64,000 bases of DNA from a virus. The stretch lies in the IMG/VR virus record IMGVR_UViG_3300012979_000037, positions 1 to 64,000 of that record; one strand, written 5' to 3'. Below the pieces are notes generated by a model. It did not search any database and had not been told where the DNA came from. It worked only from the letters and a program-made list of their open reading frames with translations. Below are positions 8,941 to 17,799 of the stretch, piece by piece. A program made the position numbers and the translations under genes. How positions within the stretch are numbered: the stretch's first letter is position 1; each line of letters begins with the position of its first letter.

Positions 8941-9129
8941 TTGAAAAGTAATATGGGAAATAAAAATAAAGATTTCGGCAAATTATTAGCAAATCTTTTA
9001 TATGAAAATGGAATAAATTATTGTCCATTTATATTAAACTCAGAACAGGCAAATGCATTAGATAAAAGATATAAAGAATTACATAAAAAATATGGAAAAT
9101 ACAATAGAACAAATAAAAAGTTTAGTTAA
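8941..9129 (+). CDS. hypothetical protein
   Basis: 62-aa ORF. Confidence 0.35.
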   Translation: MKSNMGNKNKDFGKLLANLLYENGINYCPFILNSEQANALDKRYKELHKKYGKYNRTNKKFS

Positions 9130-9451
9130 TACACTAAATCTTCAAAACACTCCATTGATGGAAAAACCATCAGAATATGAATTGAAATATTTAAGTACTG
9201 ATGTTAGTAAAGGAAAATATATTAAATCACGTTTTCCAGAATATAGCGACCCAACTTATTGGCGTTATCCTAATGGTGTTGAAGAAAAAATTGAAGATGA
9301 TAAAACATATAAAGTATGGTTTGAGTATAGAGATGCAGCTGACCCTTATGATTCTACTACATGGTATCATGTTAAGTATATAGAAGAGGTTCCTGACGAT
9401 AAAATTGCATTAATTAAATACTTAGAAAAACTGTTAAAAGATTTGAAGTAA
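9092..9451 (+). CDS. hypothetical protein
   Basis: 119-aa ORF. Confidence 0.5.
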   Translation: MENTIEQIKSLVNTLNLQNTPLMEKPSEYELKYLSTDVSKGKYIKSRFPEYSDPTYWRYPNGVEEKIEDDKTYKVWFEYRDAADPYDSTTWYHVKYIEEVPDDKIALIKYLEKLLKDLK

Positions 9452-9468
9452 TATGAAAAATAATAATT

Positions 9469-9945
9469 ATGGAAAAGAAAACTATCATCCCATTTGACTT
9501 AGAAATGGCAAAGAAAATCCAATCAGGAGAGATTGAAGGCAGGATAATAACTAAAAAAGGTAATACTGCAAGAATTATATGTTTTGATGCCGAGTCTGCT
9601 TATAATTATTCTATTATAGGATTAGTTAAAGATTCTTATAGCAATTTTGAAGAGTGTTGTAGGTATTTTACAGACGGAACCAGAGATAGAGAAAATGATG
9701 AATTAAATTCGTTGGCAATAGAGTTATTTGTTTATCCAGTAAATGAAAATATTATTGAACCTCCAGAAGAAATTCAACTGAATAATTGTAAAGAATCAGA
9801 AGATTATAGAATTGAACCTCCAGAAGAAATTCAACTGAATAATTGTAAAGAATCAGAAGATTATAGAAAAGGATATGAATATGGTTATAAAACTGCAACA
9901 GAAATTATAGAATCCATTACATATCTTAAAAGTAAAAAAAATTAG
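9469..9945 (+). CDS. hypothetical protein with an internal perfect 60-nt tandem duplication
   Basis: IIEPPEEIQLNNCKESEDYR occurs twice; nt 9763-9822 equal 9823-9882. Confidence 0.5.
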   Translation: MEKKTIIPFDLEMAKKIQSGEIEGRIITKKGNTARIICFDAESAYNYSIIGLVKDSYSNFEECCRYFTDGTRDRENDELNSLAIELFVYPVNENIIEPPEEIQLNNCKESEDYRIEPPEEIQLNNCKESEDYRKGYEYGYKTATEIIESITYLKSKKN

Positions 9946-10019
9946 AGTCACAGTTCAATAAACCATGAGGATAGCGGTGAAGTATTTGAAATTAAAGAAG
10001 TAAATAAAAAAATAATTTT

Positions 10020-10202
10020 ATGAAATCAAAAGAACTATTAGACAATGCTGTCGATTATATCTATAACATTGTTTATGGTCAAGATTGGATTTGTGAGGCA
10101 CTGCTTGATATTCCAGAGGAATCTGAAATCTGCGACCTGACCTGCGACAATCTGTGCAAGAATTACATATTGAGATTCCTTAAACATTATAAGAAAAAAT
10201 AA
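10020..10202 (+). CDS. hypothetical protein
   Basis: 60-aa ORF. Confidence 0.35.
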   Translation: MKSKELLDNAVDYIYNIVYGQDWICEALLDIPEESEICDLTCDNLCKNYILRFLKHYKKK

Positions 10203-10361
10203 AAAAAAGAAATAAGATGATTTACAACGGACGAGAAGAAGAAAACTGGTGGTATGATGATGGTGATGAAGGTTCCAGAACAAAATACGACAATGGCGAC
10301 CATAATTATGACTATGATGAGTTATATAATAGTTTCTAAATAATATAAAAAAATAATTATT

Positions 10362-10727
10362 ATGACGAAAGACGAACTTAAGAAATACAAAGAACTTCAA
10401 GAGAAGTTCGAACGTTCAGTAGACCATGTAACAACAATTTTATCTAAAATTCCTCAGTATAAGGAGAATTTTTATACATATGATAAAGTGTGGATAGATA
10501 CCTGTGAAGGTGGAGATTTTGGCGAGGTTCATACAGAAGGATCGGATTATTATGGTGGATATAGGGGGCATTTTGATGCCGAAATGTTAACTTGGTCAGA
10601 TAAGAAACTTGAGAAATATGTAAATGAACTTTTAGATAAAGAGAAAAAATCTGAAGAAGAAAGAAAGCAAAAGTTAGAAGACGCAGAGCGCAAAGAATAT
10701 GAACGTTTAAAACAAAAATTTGGATAA
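10362..10727 (+). CDS. hypothetical protein
   Basis: 121-aa ORF with a charged C-terminal tail. Confidence 0.5.
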   Translation: MTKDELKKYKELQEKFERSVDHVTTILSKIPQYKENFYTYDKVWIDTCEGGDFGEVHTEGSDYYGGYRGHFDAEMLTWSDKKLEKYVNELLDKEKKSEEERKQKLEDAERKEYERLKQKFG

Positions 10728-10917
10728 GTTTTATAAAAAAATTAAATATATGACAAGAACTATTTCATACAATACAGAAAACACAGAAGATATGTTATGG
10801 GCATTAAAACGTGTAGTTGATGATGTTTTTGCCTATGATAAGCAATTAACTGAGCAAATTAGAATTGTTGCAAACGAATCAATTAAGCGATTAACGGAAT
10901 CTGCTAAAAATTTATAA
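10720..10917 (+). CDS. hypothetical protein
   Basis: 65-aa ORF. Confidence 0.4.
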   Translation: MDKFYKKIKYMTRTISYNTENTEDMLWALKRVVDDVFAYDKQLTEQIRIVANESIKRLTESAKNL

Positions 10918-10921
10918 TGAT

Positions 10922-11191
10922 ATGAAAAAAATAATCTATTTAATTACAATTTTTCTTTTATCTATTAGTTGTACAACAAATCACACCACTACTCACACTA
11001 ATATGCAGGTCGATCATATTGACTATTTAACCATAGATGGTTTTTGTACTGTAAGTATTTATAATATTGAATATAATGGACATGAGTATTTGTTATTAGA
11101 CGGGTATGAATCAATAGGTATAGAGCATAATCCAGATTGCAAAAAATGTAAATCTCAGTCTAGCTATACACCAACAGAATACTTATATTAA
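10922..11191 (+). CDS. putative lipoprotein
   Basis: Signal peptide plus lipobox-like LSISC (MKKIIYLITIFLLSISCTT). Confidence 0.45.
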   Translation: MKKIIYLITIFLLSISCTTNHTTTHTNMQVDHIDYLTIDGFCTVSIYNIEYNGHEYLLLDGYESIGIEHNPDCKKCKSQSSYTPTEYLY

Positions 11192-11203
11192 TTTTGAAAA
11201 TTA

Positions 11204-11240
11204 TAAAAGTTTTTAAGTAATTTTGATATTTTTATATATA
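11204..11240 (+). promoter_or_regulatory. Recurrent promoter-like motif
   Basis: Sequence ataaaagtttttaagtaattttgatatttttatatata lies upstream of ATG 11255. Confidence 0.4.
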
Positions 11241-11254
11241 AAACAATAAAATAT

Positions 11255-11479
11255 ATGAATAAATATCTTATCATCACAATTCTCTTTTTAGGCTTGATGG
11301 GGTTTGGTTGGATGTATTTTCTAACTAATCAAGTAACAAACTACGATGCAGCTATTGAAAACTGTATTTACAAGATGGATTCTCTTGAGACTCGTACTCA
11401 AATTCTTGAAGCACTGGTTGAAAAACAAAGTGAACAAGATAACAAACATGAAGTAACAATTTATCTAAAAACTAAATGA
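11255..11479 (+). CDS. hypothetical membrane protein
   Basis: N-terminal TM helix. Confidence 0.45.
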   Translation: MNKYLIITILFLGLMGFGWMYFLTNQVTNYDAAIENCIYKMDSLETRTQILEALVEKQSEQDNKHEVTIYLKTK

Positions 11480-11661
11480 TTATGACAGTAAAAGACGCTA
11501 AAGAAAAATTGCAAAATCTTGTTAATTCATTAAATGTATATAATGATGATGCAGATTTTGATATAAATATATATGACAACCGGGGTCATTATTATATCAC
11601 CGATATTGACGACTGGGTGTTAGATAACAGACCTGATAAAGTTGTTTTAACTATTGAATGA
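11476..11661 (+). CDS. hypothetical protein, tandem paralog 1
   Basis: Start MIMTVK(D/E)AKE; 61 aa; same length and motif (YDN.G.YY...DDW.LD) as the next gene. Confidence 0.45.
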   Translation: MIMTVKDAKEKLQNLVNSLNVYNDDADFDINIYDNRGHYYITDIDDWVLDNRPDKVVLTIE

Positions 11662-11843
11662 TTATGACAGTAAAAGAAGCAAAAGAATCATTATATAGTT
11701 TAATAGAAGCATTAAACGAATGTGATGAAAATTCAGAATTTGTATTGGATGTTTATGATAACTTTGGTTCATATTACAGAGGACATTTTGATGATTGGTT
11801 TCTTGATACCACTACAGAAATAATATCTTTAAATATTGAATAA
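11658..11843 (+). CDS. hypothetical protein, tandem paralog 2
   Basis: See 11476..11661; both share the junction ATTGAATGATTATGACAGTAAAAGA. Confidence 0.45.
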   Translation: MIMTVKEAKESLYSLIEALNECDENSEFVLDVYDNFGSYYRGHFDDWFLDTTTEIISLNIE

Positions 11844-11845
11844 TT

Positions 11846-12175
11846 ATGACAAGAAAAGATTTGGATAATGAGAGTATACGAACTTTATGTAAAATGAATA
11901 GAAGTGCTTTCTATGCTATCAGAGAAGAAGCCGAATTACGTTTGAAGAATTATTTTCATTCTTCTAAAATGACGGAGATAAAACTTGATAATCCAGTATA
12001 TTGTTCATTTTGGAATAGGGCTTTTGATATTAAAGTTGATAGGGTTTTTATAGAAAACAATAATGTATTTGTTGGAGGTAAAACTTCTAATGGAGGTGAT
12101 ACTACCGAATTTTTCAATTACATATTCAGCGATACTAGTTTGGATCAATTATTTGAACAAATACATATTTATTAG
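11846..12175 (+). CDS. hypothetical protein
   Basis: 109 aa; begins with the same ATTGAATAATTATGACA junction as the two upstream paralogs. Confidence 0.45.
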   Translation: MTRKDLDNESIRTLCKMNRSAFYAIREEAELRLKNYFHSSKMTEIKLDNPVYCSFWNRAFDIKVDRVFIENNNVFVGGKTSNGGDTTEFFNYIFSDTSLDQLFEQIHIY

Positions 12176-12227
12176 GAAAAAGTTTCTAAAGATTTATATA
12201 AATGAAAATAAAAACTAAATAAGAAAT

Positions 12228-12497
12228 ATGAAGAAAATTTATCTATTCTTAAGTCTTTTGACTATTCTAAGTTTTTCAAGCTGCACAGAACAAGAACGTG
12301 CTCGTAATTTTGGAGGTAAAATTGAAATTAACGTTCCAGCAGGCTACAAGGTAACGTCAGCAACTTGGAAAGAAGCTGAGTTGTTTTATTTCTTGGAGCC
12401 AATGGAGGAAGGTTATGTTCCAAAGGAGAAGAAATTTGTAGAAAGCTCCTGCTATGGATTTTGGGAAAGTGAAGTAACATTTAAAGAAAAACGATAA
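12228..12497 (+). CDS. putative lipoprotein
   Basis: Signal peptide with LSFSSC lipobox-like motif. Confidence 0.45.
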   Translation: MKKIYLFLSLLTILSFSSCTEQERARNFGGKIEINVPAGYKVTSATWKEAELFYFLEPMEEGYVPKEKKFVESSCYGFWESEVTFKEKR

Positions 12498-12501
12498 AAC
12501 T

Positions 12502-12828
12502 ATGAACACAGCAGTAATTTTAATACTTATATTTGGTGGAATTTTGTTTTTCATTCTTGATACACTGTTTTTTGATATGAATGAAAGCAATATTAAGTGG
12601 ATTATAATGACCATTGCAGCATTTATTCCTTTGCTTGGGTTGGTTACTTATGGAGTTTTATTATTCTTTTGTATATCCAACTACGAAAAAGACTGGACAA
12701 AATATACTCATAAAGATCACTATAACAAAATCTACGTGAAAGATACTAAATTAAATCGTTGGCTATTTAATGATGTGGAGTGGTCGTATATTGATTCAAT
12801 GAAAAATATAACTAAAAATAATAACTAA
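12502..12828 (+). CDS. small membrane protein (NfeD-like candidate partner of the SPFH protein)
   Basis: Two or three TM helices; immediately upstream of the SPFH gene. Confidence 0.35.
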   Translation: MNTAVILILIFGGILFFILDTLFFDMNESNIKWIIMTIAAFIPLLGLVTYGVLLFFCISNYEKDWTKYTHKDHYNKIYVKDTKLNRWLFNDVEWSYIDSMKNITKNNN

Positions 12829-12844
12829 CTAAAAACAACTAATT

Positions 12845-13678
12845 ATGAACGGAAAATCGTTATTTACGCTTATCGCAGCACTACTTCTTGTAGTAGTAAT
12901 TCCAACAACAATGTGTCGATGCACACGAGTAGACTCATCTGAAGTCGGTATTAAGTTTAATAAGCTTTCTTTGACGGAGCAAGGTAAGTTGGATGCAAGC
13001 CCTGTAACCGGATATGTATTCTATAACCCAATTAAGACTGCAGTACATACTTATCCAACTTATGTACAACGTGTAGACTTCGACGAGTTTAGTGTCAATA
13101 CAAAGGATGCTGCAATCTTCACAATGGATCCTACAATGGCATACTACTTAAATCGGGAAAATGCAACAGATGTATTCTTCAAGTACCGTAAGAGTCTCCC
13201 TGAAATCCAAGATGGTTATATGCGAACCGTAATTTATGATGCATATCGTGTTGTAGCAAATAACTATACTTCAGATGAGTTGATGGCAAATCGAGCAAAG
13301 TTTGAGAATGAAGTACGAATTATGCTTGACTCCACATTGACTTCAGAAGGTTTCACTGTAACAGAGTTTACTTCTCAGATTACTCCTCCTTCATCACTTC
13401 GACAAATGATTGATGCAAAGAACACAGCAGTTCAAGCAGCACTTAAGGCTGAGAATGAAGTAAAGCAAGCTGAGGCAAATGCAAAGATTGCTATTGCAAA
13501 GGCGGAAGGTGAAGCAAAAGCTATGCGCATTAAGGCTGATGCTGAAGCATATTACAATCGTACCATTAGTGCTTCATTGTCACCGATGATTGTGCAAGAA
13601 GATTGGATCGAGAAATGGGATGGTCATCTCCCAACGTATTCTGGTGGAGGGACTCCTTTGATTCAATTACCTAAATAA
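12845..13678 (+). CDS. SPFH / band-7 (stomatin-prohibitin-HflK/C-like) domain membrane protein
   Basis: N-terminal TM anchor, SPFH-like core, and a C-terminal Ala/Glu/Lys-rich coiled coil (AENEVKQAEANAKIAIAKAEGEAKAMRIKADAEAY) typical of HflK/C and prohibitins. Confidence 0.65.
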   Translation: MNGKSLFTLIAALLLVVVIPTTMCRCTRVDSSEVGIKFNKLSLTEQGKLDASPVTGYVFYNPIKTAVHTYPTYVQRVDFDEFSVNTKDAAIFTMDPTMAYYLNRENATDVFFKYRKSLPEIQDGYMRTVIYDAYRVVANNYTSDELMANRAKFENEVRIMLDSTLTSEGFTVTEFTSQITPPSSLRQMIDAKNTAVQAALKAENEVKQAEANAKIAIAKAEGEAKAMRIKADAEAYYNRTISASLSPMIVQEDWIEKWDGHLPTYSGGGTPLIQLPK

Positions 13679-13688
13679 ATGTGATTAA

Positions 13689-13717
13689 AAAGAGGTGAAA
13701 GCCTCTTTTTTTATATG
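13689..13717 (+). terminator. rho-independent terminator
   Basis: Hairpin aagagg-tgaaag-cctctt followed by a T7 run, after the SPFH gene. Confidence 0.5.
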
Positions 13718-13722
13718 ATTTA

Positions 13723-13793
13723 TAAAAGTTTTTTGAGGTATTTTATATATTTATATATAATGAAATCACAAAGGATTTCAAGACTTTGTTAAA
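13723..13793 (+). promoter_or_regulatory. Promoter-like motif plus conserved uORF/hairpin leader (MKSQRISRLC)
   Basis: Sequence taaaagttttttgaggtattttatatatttatatata followed by atgaaatcacaaaggatttcaagactttgttaa. Confidence 0.45.
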
Positions 13794-13808
13794 CATTAAA
13801 AACATATT

Positions 13809-14408
13809 ATGACAACTTTTGGAATTATTCTCGTTTGGTTAGTTACCGTGTTAGTTTTAGTGATTTCTATATATATTACAGTGGATATCACAAAATACAC
13901 ACGCAATAAATTTTTAAGATGGTTATCTACTGGTTTAATAACCATAATTGTCTTTATAGTAATTGAAACAATCTCTCTAATTGCATTTGCAACTTGTAAT
14001 ATAATAGCTTATGATAAGGGAGAACTTAGATATCCTTTATATAATTCTATAGTATCAAAAGAATTACACACTATTGGATGTGAGGAAGATTTCAATATGA
14101 TTATATCAAAAGACGAAAATGGTGAAACTATACTACAAACTATTATAGATAACGAGGGAAGTCTTGAAATTATAGATTTGAATATTCACAATTTTAATTT
14201 TTATTTAACCGATACTAGAACACCATGTATTGAATATTATTCAAAAGTTAAAGTAGAACCTAGTTCATTTAGATGGATTTTTAATGATATTGATACAATC
14301 AATATAGATTTATCTAATATAAACACCATATATAAAGAAATGAAACTTAAAGGGGATGTTTATTTACCTCGAACAACAAATATTAATCAAAATTTAATAA
14401 TTTTTTAA
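13809..14408 (+). CDS. hypothetical membrane protein
   Basis: Two N-terminal TM helices. Confidence 0.5.
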   Translation: MTTFGIILVWLVTVLVLVISIYITVDITKYTRNKFLRWLSTGLITIIVFIVIETISLIAFATCNIIAYDKGELRYPLYNSIVSKELHTIGCEEDFNMIISKDENGETILQTIIDNEGSLEIIDLNIHNFNFYLTDTRTPCIEYYSKVKVEPSSFRWIFNDIDTINIDLSNINTIYKEMKLKGDVYLPRTTNINQNLIIF

Positions 14409-14420
14409 ATTCAATACATT

Positions 14421-14720
14421 ATGTATGCGGACACTTTCGATTTCTACAAAGTAGAAAAGTACAAAAAGCATTTAGATTTTAATCTTTTGTATAATAAAAT
14501 CAAGGAAGAATTACAGGAGGATTTTCAAACATCTTGTAATGATTGGGATAAATATGATTGGGTTAATATGATAATGGAATATTATACAACAAACCCTAAA
14601 TTATATCTACTAGAAGTATATGGTCTTGATATTGACACTACTTTTGAACCAAACGTTGACGAAATCGATTATATTACTTCACAATTCAATCAATTTATTG
14701 AGGAAAAATACGAATTTTAA
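14421..14720 (+). CDS. hypothetical protein
   Basis: 99-aa ORF. Confidence 0.5.
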   Translation: MYADTFDFYKVEKYKKHLDFNLLYNKIKEELQEDFQTSCNDWDKYDWVNMIMEYYTTNPKLYLLEVYGLDIDTTFEPNVDEIDYITSQFNQFIEEKYEF

Positions 14721-14736
14721 TACTAATTAAAAATAT

Positions 14737-15162
14737 ATGAAAGTTAATACATATACAGAGTTTTCAGGTAAAACAATTCAAGAAATTCGTGGTTGCAAAA
14801 ATCATTCCGATGAGGTTACTATAATGTTTACAGACGGATCTTGTTTGAAATTTTATCATAGTCAAGATTGTTGCGAATCTGTACTTTTAGAAGATTTTGA
14901 TGCTACTCCGGAGGATCTTGTAAATGCAAAGATTATATCTATTGAGGAAAGAATATCTTATAGTGGTGAAGATAAGATAAAATCATTAAATCCTTGGCAT
15001 GAATCATATACTTGGTCGTTTTATGTAATTAAAACCTCAAAATTCACAATGACAATGAGATGGTATGGTGAATCGAACGGCTGGTATTCGGAGACAGTAG
15101 ATATTGATTATCTATATTATAACGAAAAAGGTGAATTTGTAAGAAAAACAATTAATTTATGA
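14737..15162 (+). CDS. hypothetical protein
   Basis: 141-aa ORF. Confidence 0.5.
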   Translation: MKVNTYTEFSGKTIQEIRGCKNHSDEVTIMFTDGSCLKFYHSQDCCESVLLEDFDATPEDLVNAKIISIEERISYSGEDKIKSLNPWHESYTWSFYVIKTSKFTMTMRWYGESNGWYSETVDIDYLYYNEKGEFVRKTINL

Positions 15163-15431
15163 AAATGATTTTAATTATAACTTTTTATGTATTTGTGGCA
15201 GTATTAGCATTTATAGCGAATAGTAAAGAATCTATTAGTATAAGAACTGCGACTTCAGTATTTTGGCCAATTTTAGTATGTATGGCTTTTATTTATGTAA
15301 TTTATGGCATATTGGTGCTTATTTTTTGCAACTTTTTATGGCGATTAGTACTTGGGTCTTGGGAGCTTATAAAGACTATTCCAAATACATTTGCCGATAT
15401 TTTTAATGAATTAAAATACAATAACAGGTAA
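15159..15431 (+). CDS. hypothetical membrane protein
   Basis: Two TM helices. Confidence 0.45.
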   Translation: MKMILIITFYVFVAVLAFIANSKESISIRTATSVFWPILVCMAFIYVIYGILVLIFCNFLWRLVLGSWELIKTIPNTFADIFNELKYNNR

Positions 15432-15441
15432 TTTATAAGTT

Positions 15442-15603
15442 ATGGCGAAGAATTTTACATACAAGATGCTATATAATCAAGATTTAAATAGCAATTTAGG
15501 GACTCTAAATACATACGGTTCTTTGGGATATAAAGTTATCCATATTGGAAAAGTTACAGAACATTCTGGTTTATGTAATATTTTATTAATGAAAGAAGAA
15601 TGA
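15442..15603 (+). CDS. small hypothetical protein (53 aa; not in the ORF track)
   Basis: ATG at 15442 (MAKNFTYKMLYNQD...) fills the 170-nt gap and ends in ATGATTATGA coupling with the next gene. Confidence 0.3.
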   Translation: MAKNFTYKMLYNQDLNSNLGTLNTYGSLGYKVIHIGKVTEHSGLCNILLMKEE

Positions 15604-15956
15604 TTATGAAAACAAAACTACTTACAAGACTTCGTAAAGAAGCCAAAAAATACATATATTTGTCGCAGTATTATTCAGAATCTTGTCAAATTACAATTGT
15701 GCATGAAGTAATTGATGCATCATTCGGATCAACAATAACCTTTTATGATCCAGTTCTTGATATGTTTGTACAAGATGAAGCTGCATATTATAACACAGTA
15801 GAAGAAGCATTACCAGATTTAGCAAAAGCACGCCGTTATTATATTTTAAATGTTTTGCATAGCGAGTATAGAAAATTATCGAAAGGCAAACAAAAAAGAC
15901 AAGAAGCTGAAAGATTGAAACAACAAGATTATCAAAAATACTTACAACAATTTTAA
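15600..15956 (+). CDS. hypothetical protein; paralog of 45695..46000
   Basis: N-terminal KTKLLTRLRKEAKK matches KTRLLKKLRKTAKNK in ORF 45695. Confidence 0.5.
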   Translation: MIMKTKLLTRLRKEAKKYIYLSQYYSESCQITIVHEVIDASFGSTITFYDPVLDMFVQDEAAYYNTVEEALPDLAKARRYYILNVLHSEYRKLSKGKQKRQEAERLKQQDYQKYLQQF

Positions 15957-15962
15957 TTATGT

Positions 15963-16247
15963 TTGATCAAGAATATTTTGAGGTTGTCAAAAGAATATAA
16001 GATACCTTTAACTGGGTATTATAATGTTTTTGTATATGAATGCCAGAAGTGTGACCATAATATGATAGATGAATTACACGATCATATTGTAGGATTTGCT
16101 GATTCTAGTATGGGTGTTGTAAAAGTAATTGAATGTCCTAAGTGCTTTGAAAAATTTTACTGTCATGCATGCGAATCTGATTACTGGCACTTTTTATGGG
16201 AAATTGAGAGAGGAAAACAAAAACATTTTGATAAAGTATATAAATAA
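15963..16247 (+). CDS. Cys/His-rich zinc-binding protein
   Basis: Motifs CQKCDH...CPKCFEKFYCHACESDYWH. Confidence 0.45.
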   Translation: MIKNILRLSKEYKIPLTGYYNVFVYECQKCDHNMIDELHDHIVGFADSSMGVVKVIECPKCFEKFYCHACESDYWHFLWEIERGKQKHFDKVYK

Positions 16248-16295
16248 AACATAATTTATTAAGAGAAATCTATATAGTATAACATAATATATAAG

Positions 16296-16529
16296 ATGAC
16301 TAAAATTAGAAAAGGATCATATATTTATCGTGGTTATTATATCGAATATTTAGGATATTACGAACCCGAGCACCATATCGTTTGGGAGGCGGTTGATGAA
16401 TATGGAAATGGTTTTGCACATTCATATTCATTAAAAGATGTCAAACGAGAAATTGATTACGAAATACAAAACGGTCTTAAAGAAGGTATTTTAACAAAGG
16501 AAAACATTAATAAATTTTTAAACATATGA
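16296..16529 (+). CDS. hypothetical protein
   Basis: 77-aa ORF. Confidence 0.45.
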   Translation: MTKIRKGSYIYRGYYIEYLGYYEPEHHIVWEAVDEYGNGFAHSYSLKDVKREIDYEIQNGLKEGILTKENINKFLNI

Positions 16530-16711
16530 TACATCAAATTCAACAAGAAGAAAAAGAACAAGTTATTAAAGCTGTCAGGGAGTGGCTTAAAAATAACATA
16601 TACGAACAAGAATTCGAATATTGGAATGGCTATTATGATATGTGTGTAACTGCACATGAAACAGAAGAAGAGTTTTGGAAAGCATTTGATGAATTTGTAA
16701 AAACATTGTAA
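16526..16711 (+). CDS. hypothetical protein
   Basis: 61-aa ORF. Confidence 0.4.
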   Translation: MIHQIQQEEKEQVIKAVREWLKNNIYEQEFEYWNGYYDMCVTAHETEEEFWKAFDEFVKTL

Positions 16712-16713
16712 TT

Positions 16714-17007
16714 ATGACGTACGAAGAATTATTTAATCAAACCCAAGAAATTCTCATTAATAATGGTTTTAATATTGATGAGGATACTGCAACAAAAGTC
16801 ATTCAACAACAAACCGGTGAAGTAATTATAAATGGACAACGACAAATTCAAACTAGGAGTATCAAAGTTAAATTTTGTTGTTTAGGTGAAGGTAGTATGA
16901 ATGAGTCTCCATTAATTGGATATAAGATTATAATTAACAATCAAGATGTTGTAGATGAATGGATTGAATATCCAGAGACTCTCATTGAAATACTTAATAG
17001 ACTTTAA
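16714..17007 (+). CDS. hypothetical protein
   Basis: 97-aa ORF. Confidence 0.45.
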   Translation: MTYEELFNQTQEILINNGFNIDEDTATKVIQQQTGEVIINGQRQIQTRSIKVKFCCLGEGSMNESPLIGYKIIINNQDVVDEWIEYPETLIEILNRL

Positions 17008-17062
17008 AGATTATCTTAAAATTACATATATTTATTATAGAAACATTTAAAATTAATATAAT

Positions 17063-17710
17063 ATGACACGAGAAGAATGGTTGCGTAACGCAGTAGAGAA
17101 ACTTAATTCAAATCTTTTTAATGGGGATCTTGACCTCCTTAACAAACCCTATCAAATTAGTTGTGGTATCACCAGAACTAACGCTCAAAGTAAGGGAGGT
17201 AATTATGCTGTTATATTTCCTTATGATGGTGAAGACCCAACTCTAGATGATTTTTTCCCAAATACAATCGTTATTAATCATGCTATTAAGGATCCAGTTG
17301 AGATTTTAGAAGCTATAGCGTTAAGTTGTATCAGAGCATTTTTTAATCACAAGAAGGAGAATAAAAAATTCAAAAAACATTGCGAGGAGTATTATTTCGA
17401 ACAAGTTGACAAACAAATGGTTGCTTCAGATTATTTGAAATCTATTTTGAATGGTGTTTATGGAGTAATGGTTAAGACTTATGGGGATTTCCCTGGAAAA
17501 GCTGTTGTACAACACGTTAAGGAAAAAGCAGATAAAGAGCGTCAAAAGAATACTATTAAGATGTTTTGTCCATATTGTGATTTTGAAACAAAAACTTCGC
17601 GTAAAGTATTTGAAAAATATGGTCAAAAGTGTCCAACATGCGCTTGTGGAACACAAATGGCGGTAGATTTGGAAGATGAGAACAATGAAAGTGAGAGTCT
17701 CGAAATGTGA
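17063..17710 (+). CDS. hypothetical protein with C-terminal zinc ribbon
   Basis: Motif CPYCDFETKTSRKVFEKYGQKCPTCACG. Confidence 0.5.
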   Translation: MTREEWLRNAVEKLNSNLFNGDLDLLNKPYQISCGITRTNAQSKGGNYAVIFPYDGEDPTLDDFFPNTIVINHAIKDPVEILEAIALSCIRAFFNHKKENKKFKKHCEEYYFEQVDKQMVASDYLKSILNGVYGVMVKTYGDFPGKAVVQHVKEKADKERQKNTIKMFCPYCDFETKTSRKVFEKYGQKCPTCACGTQMAVDLEDENNESESLEM

Positions 17711-17799
17711 TGTTAAGAACTTCACAGTCGAAAATATGCAAATAGATCCATATTGGGACGATTTATATAATGCACCTATAAAAAAGAAAAGAAAATAAT

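Noticed and set aside
10038-10400. 120-aa minus-strand ORF spanning the 10020..10202 gene and the intergenic region
   Set aside because: Low-complexity His/Phe-rich translation with no start or RBS context. The region is better explained by + strand small genes.
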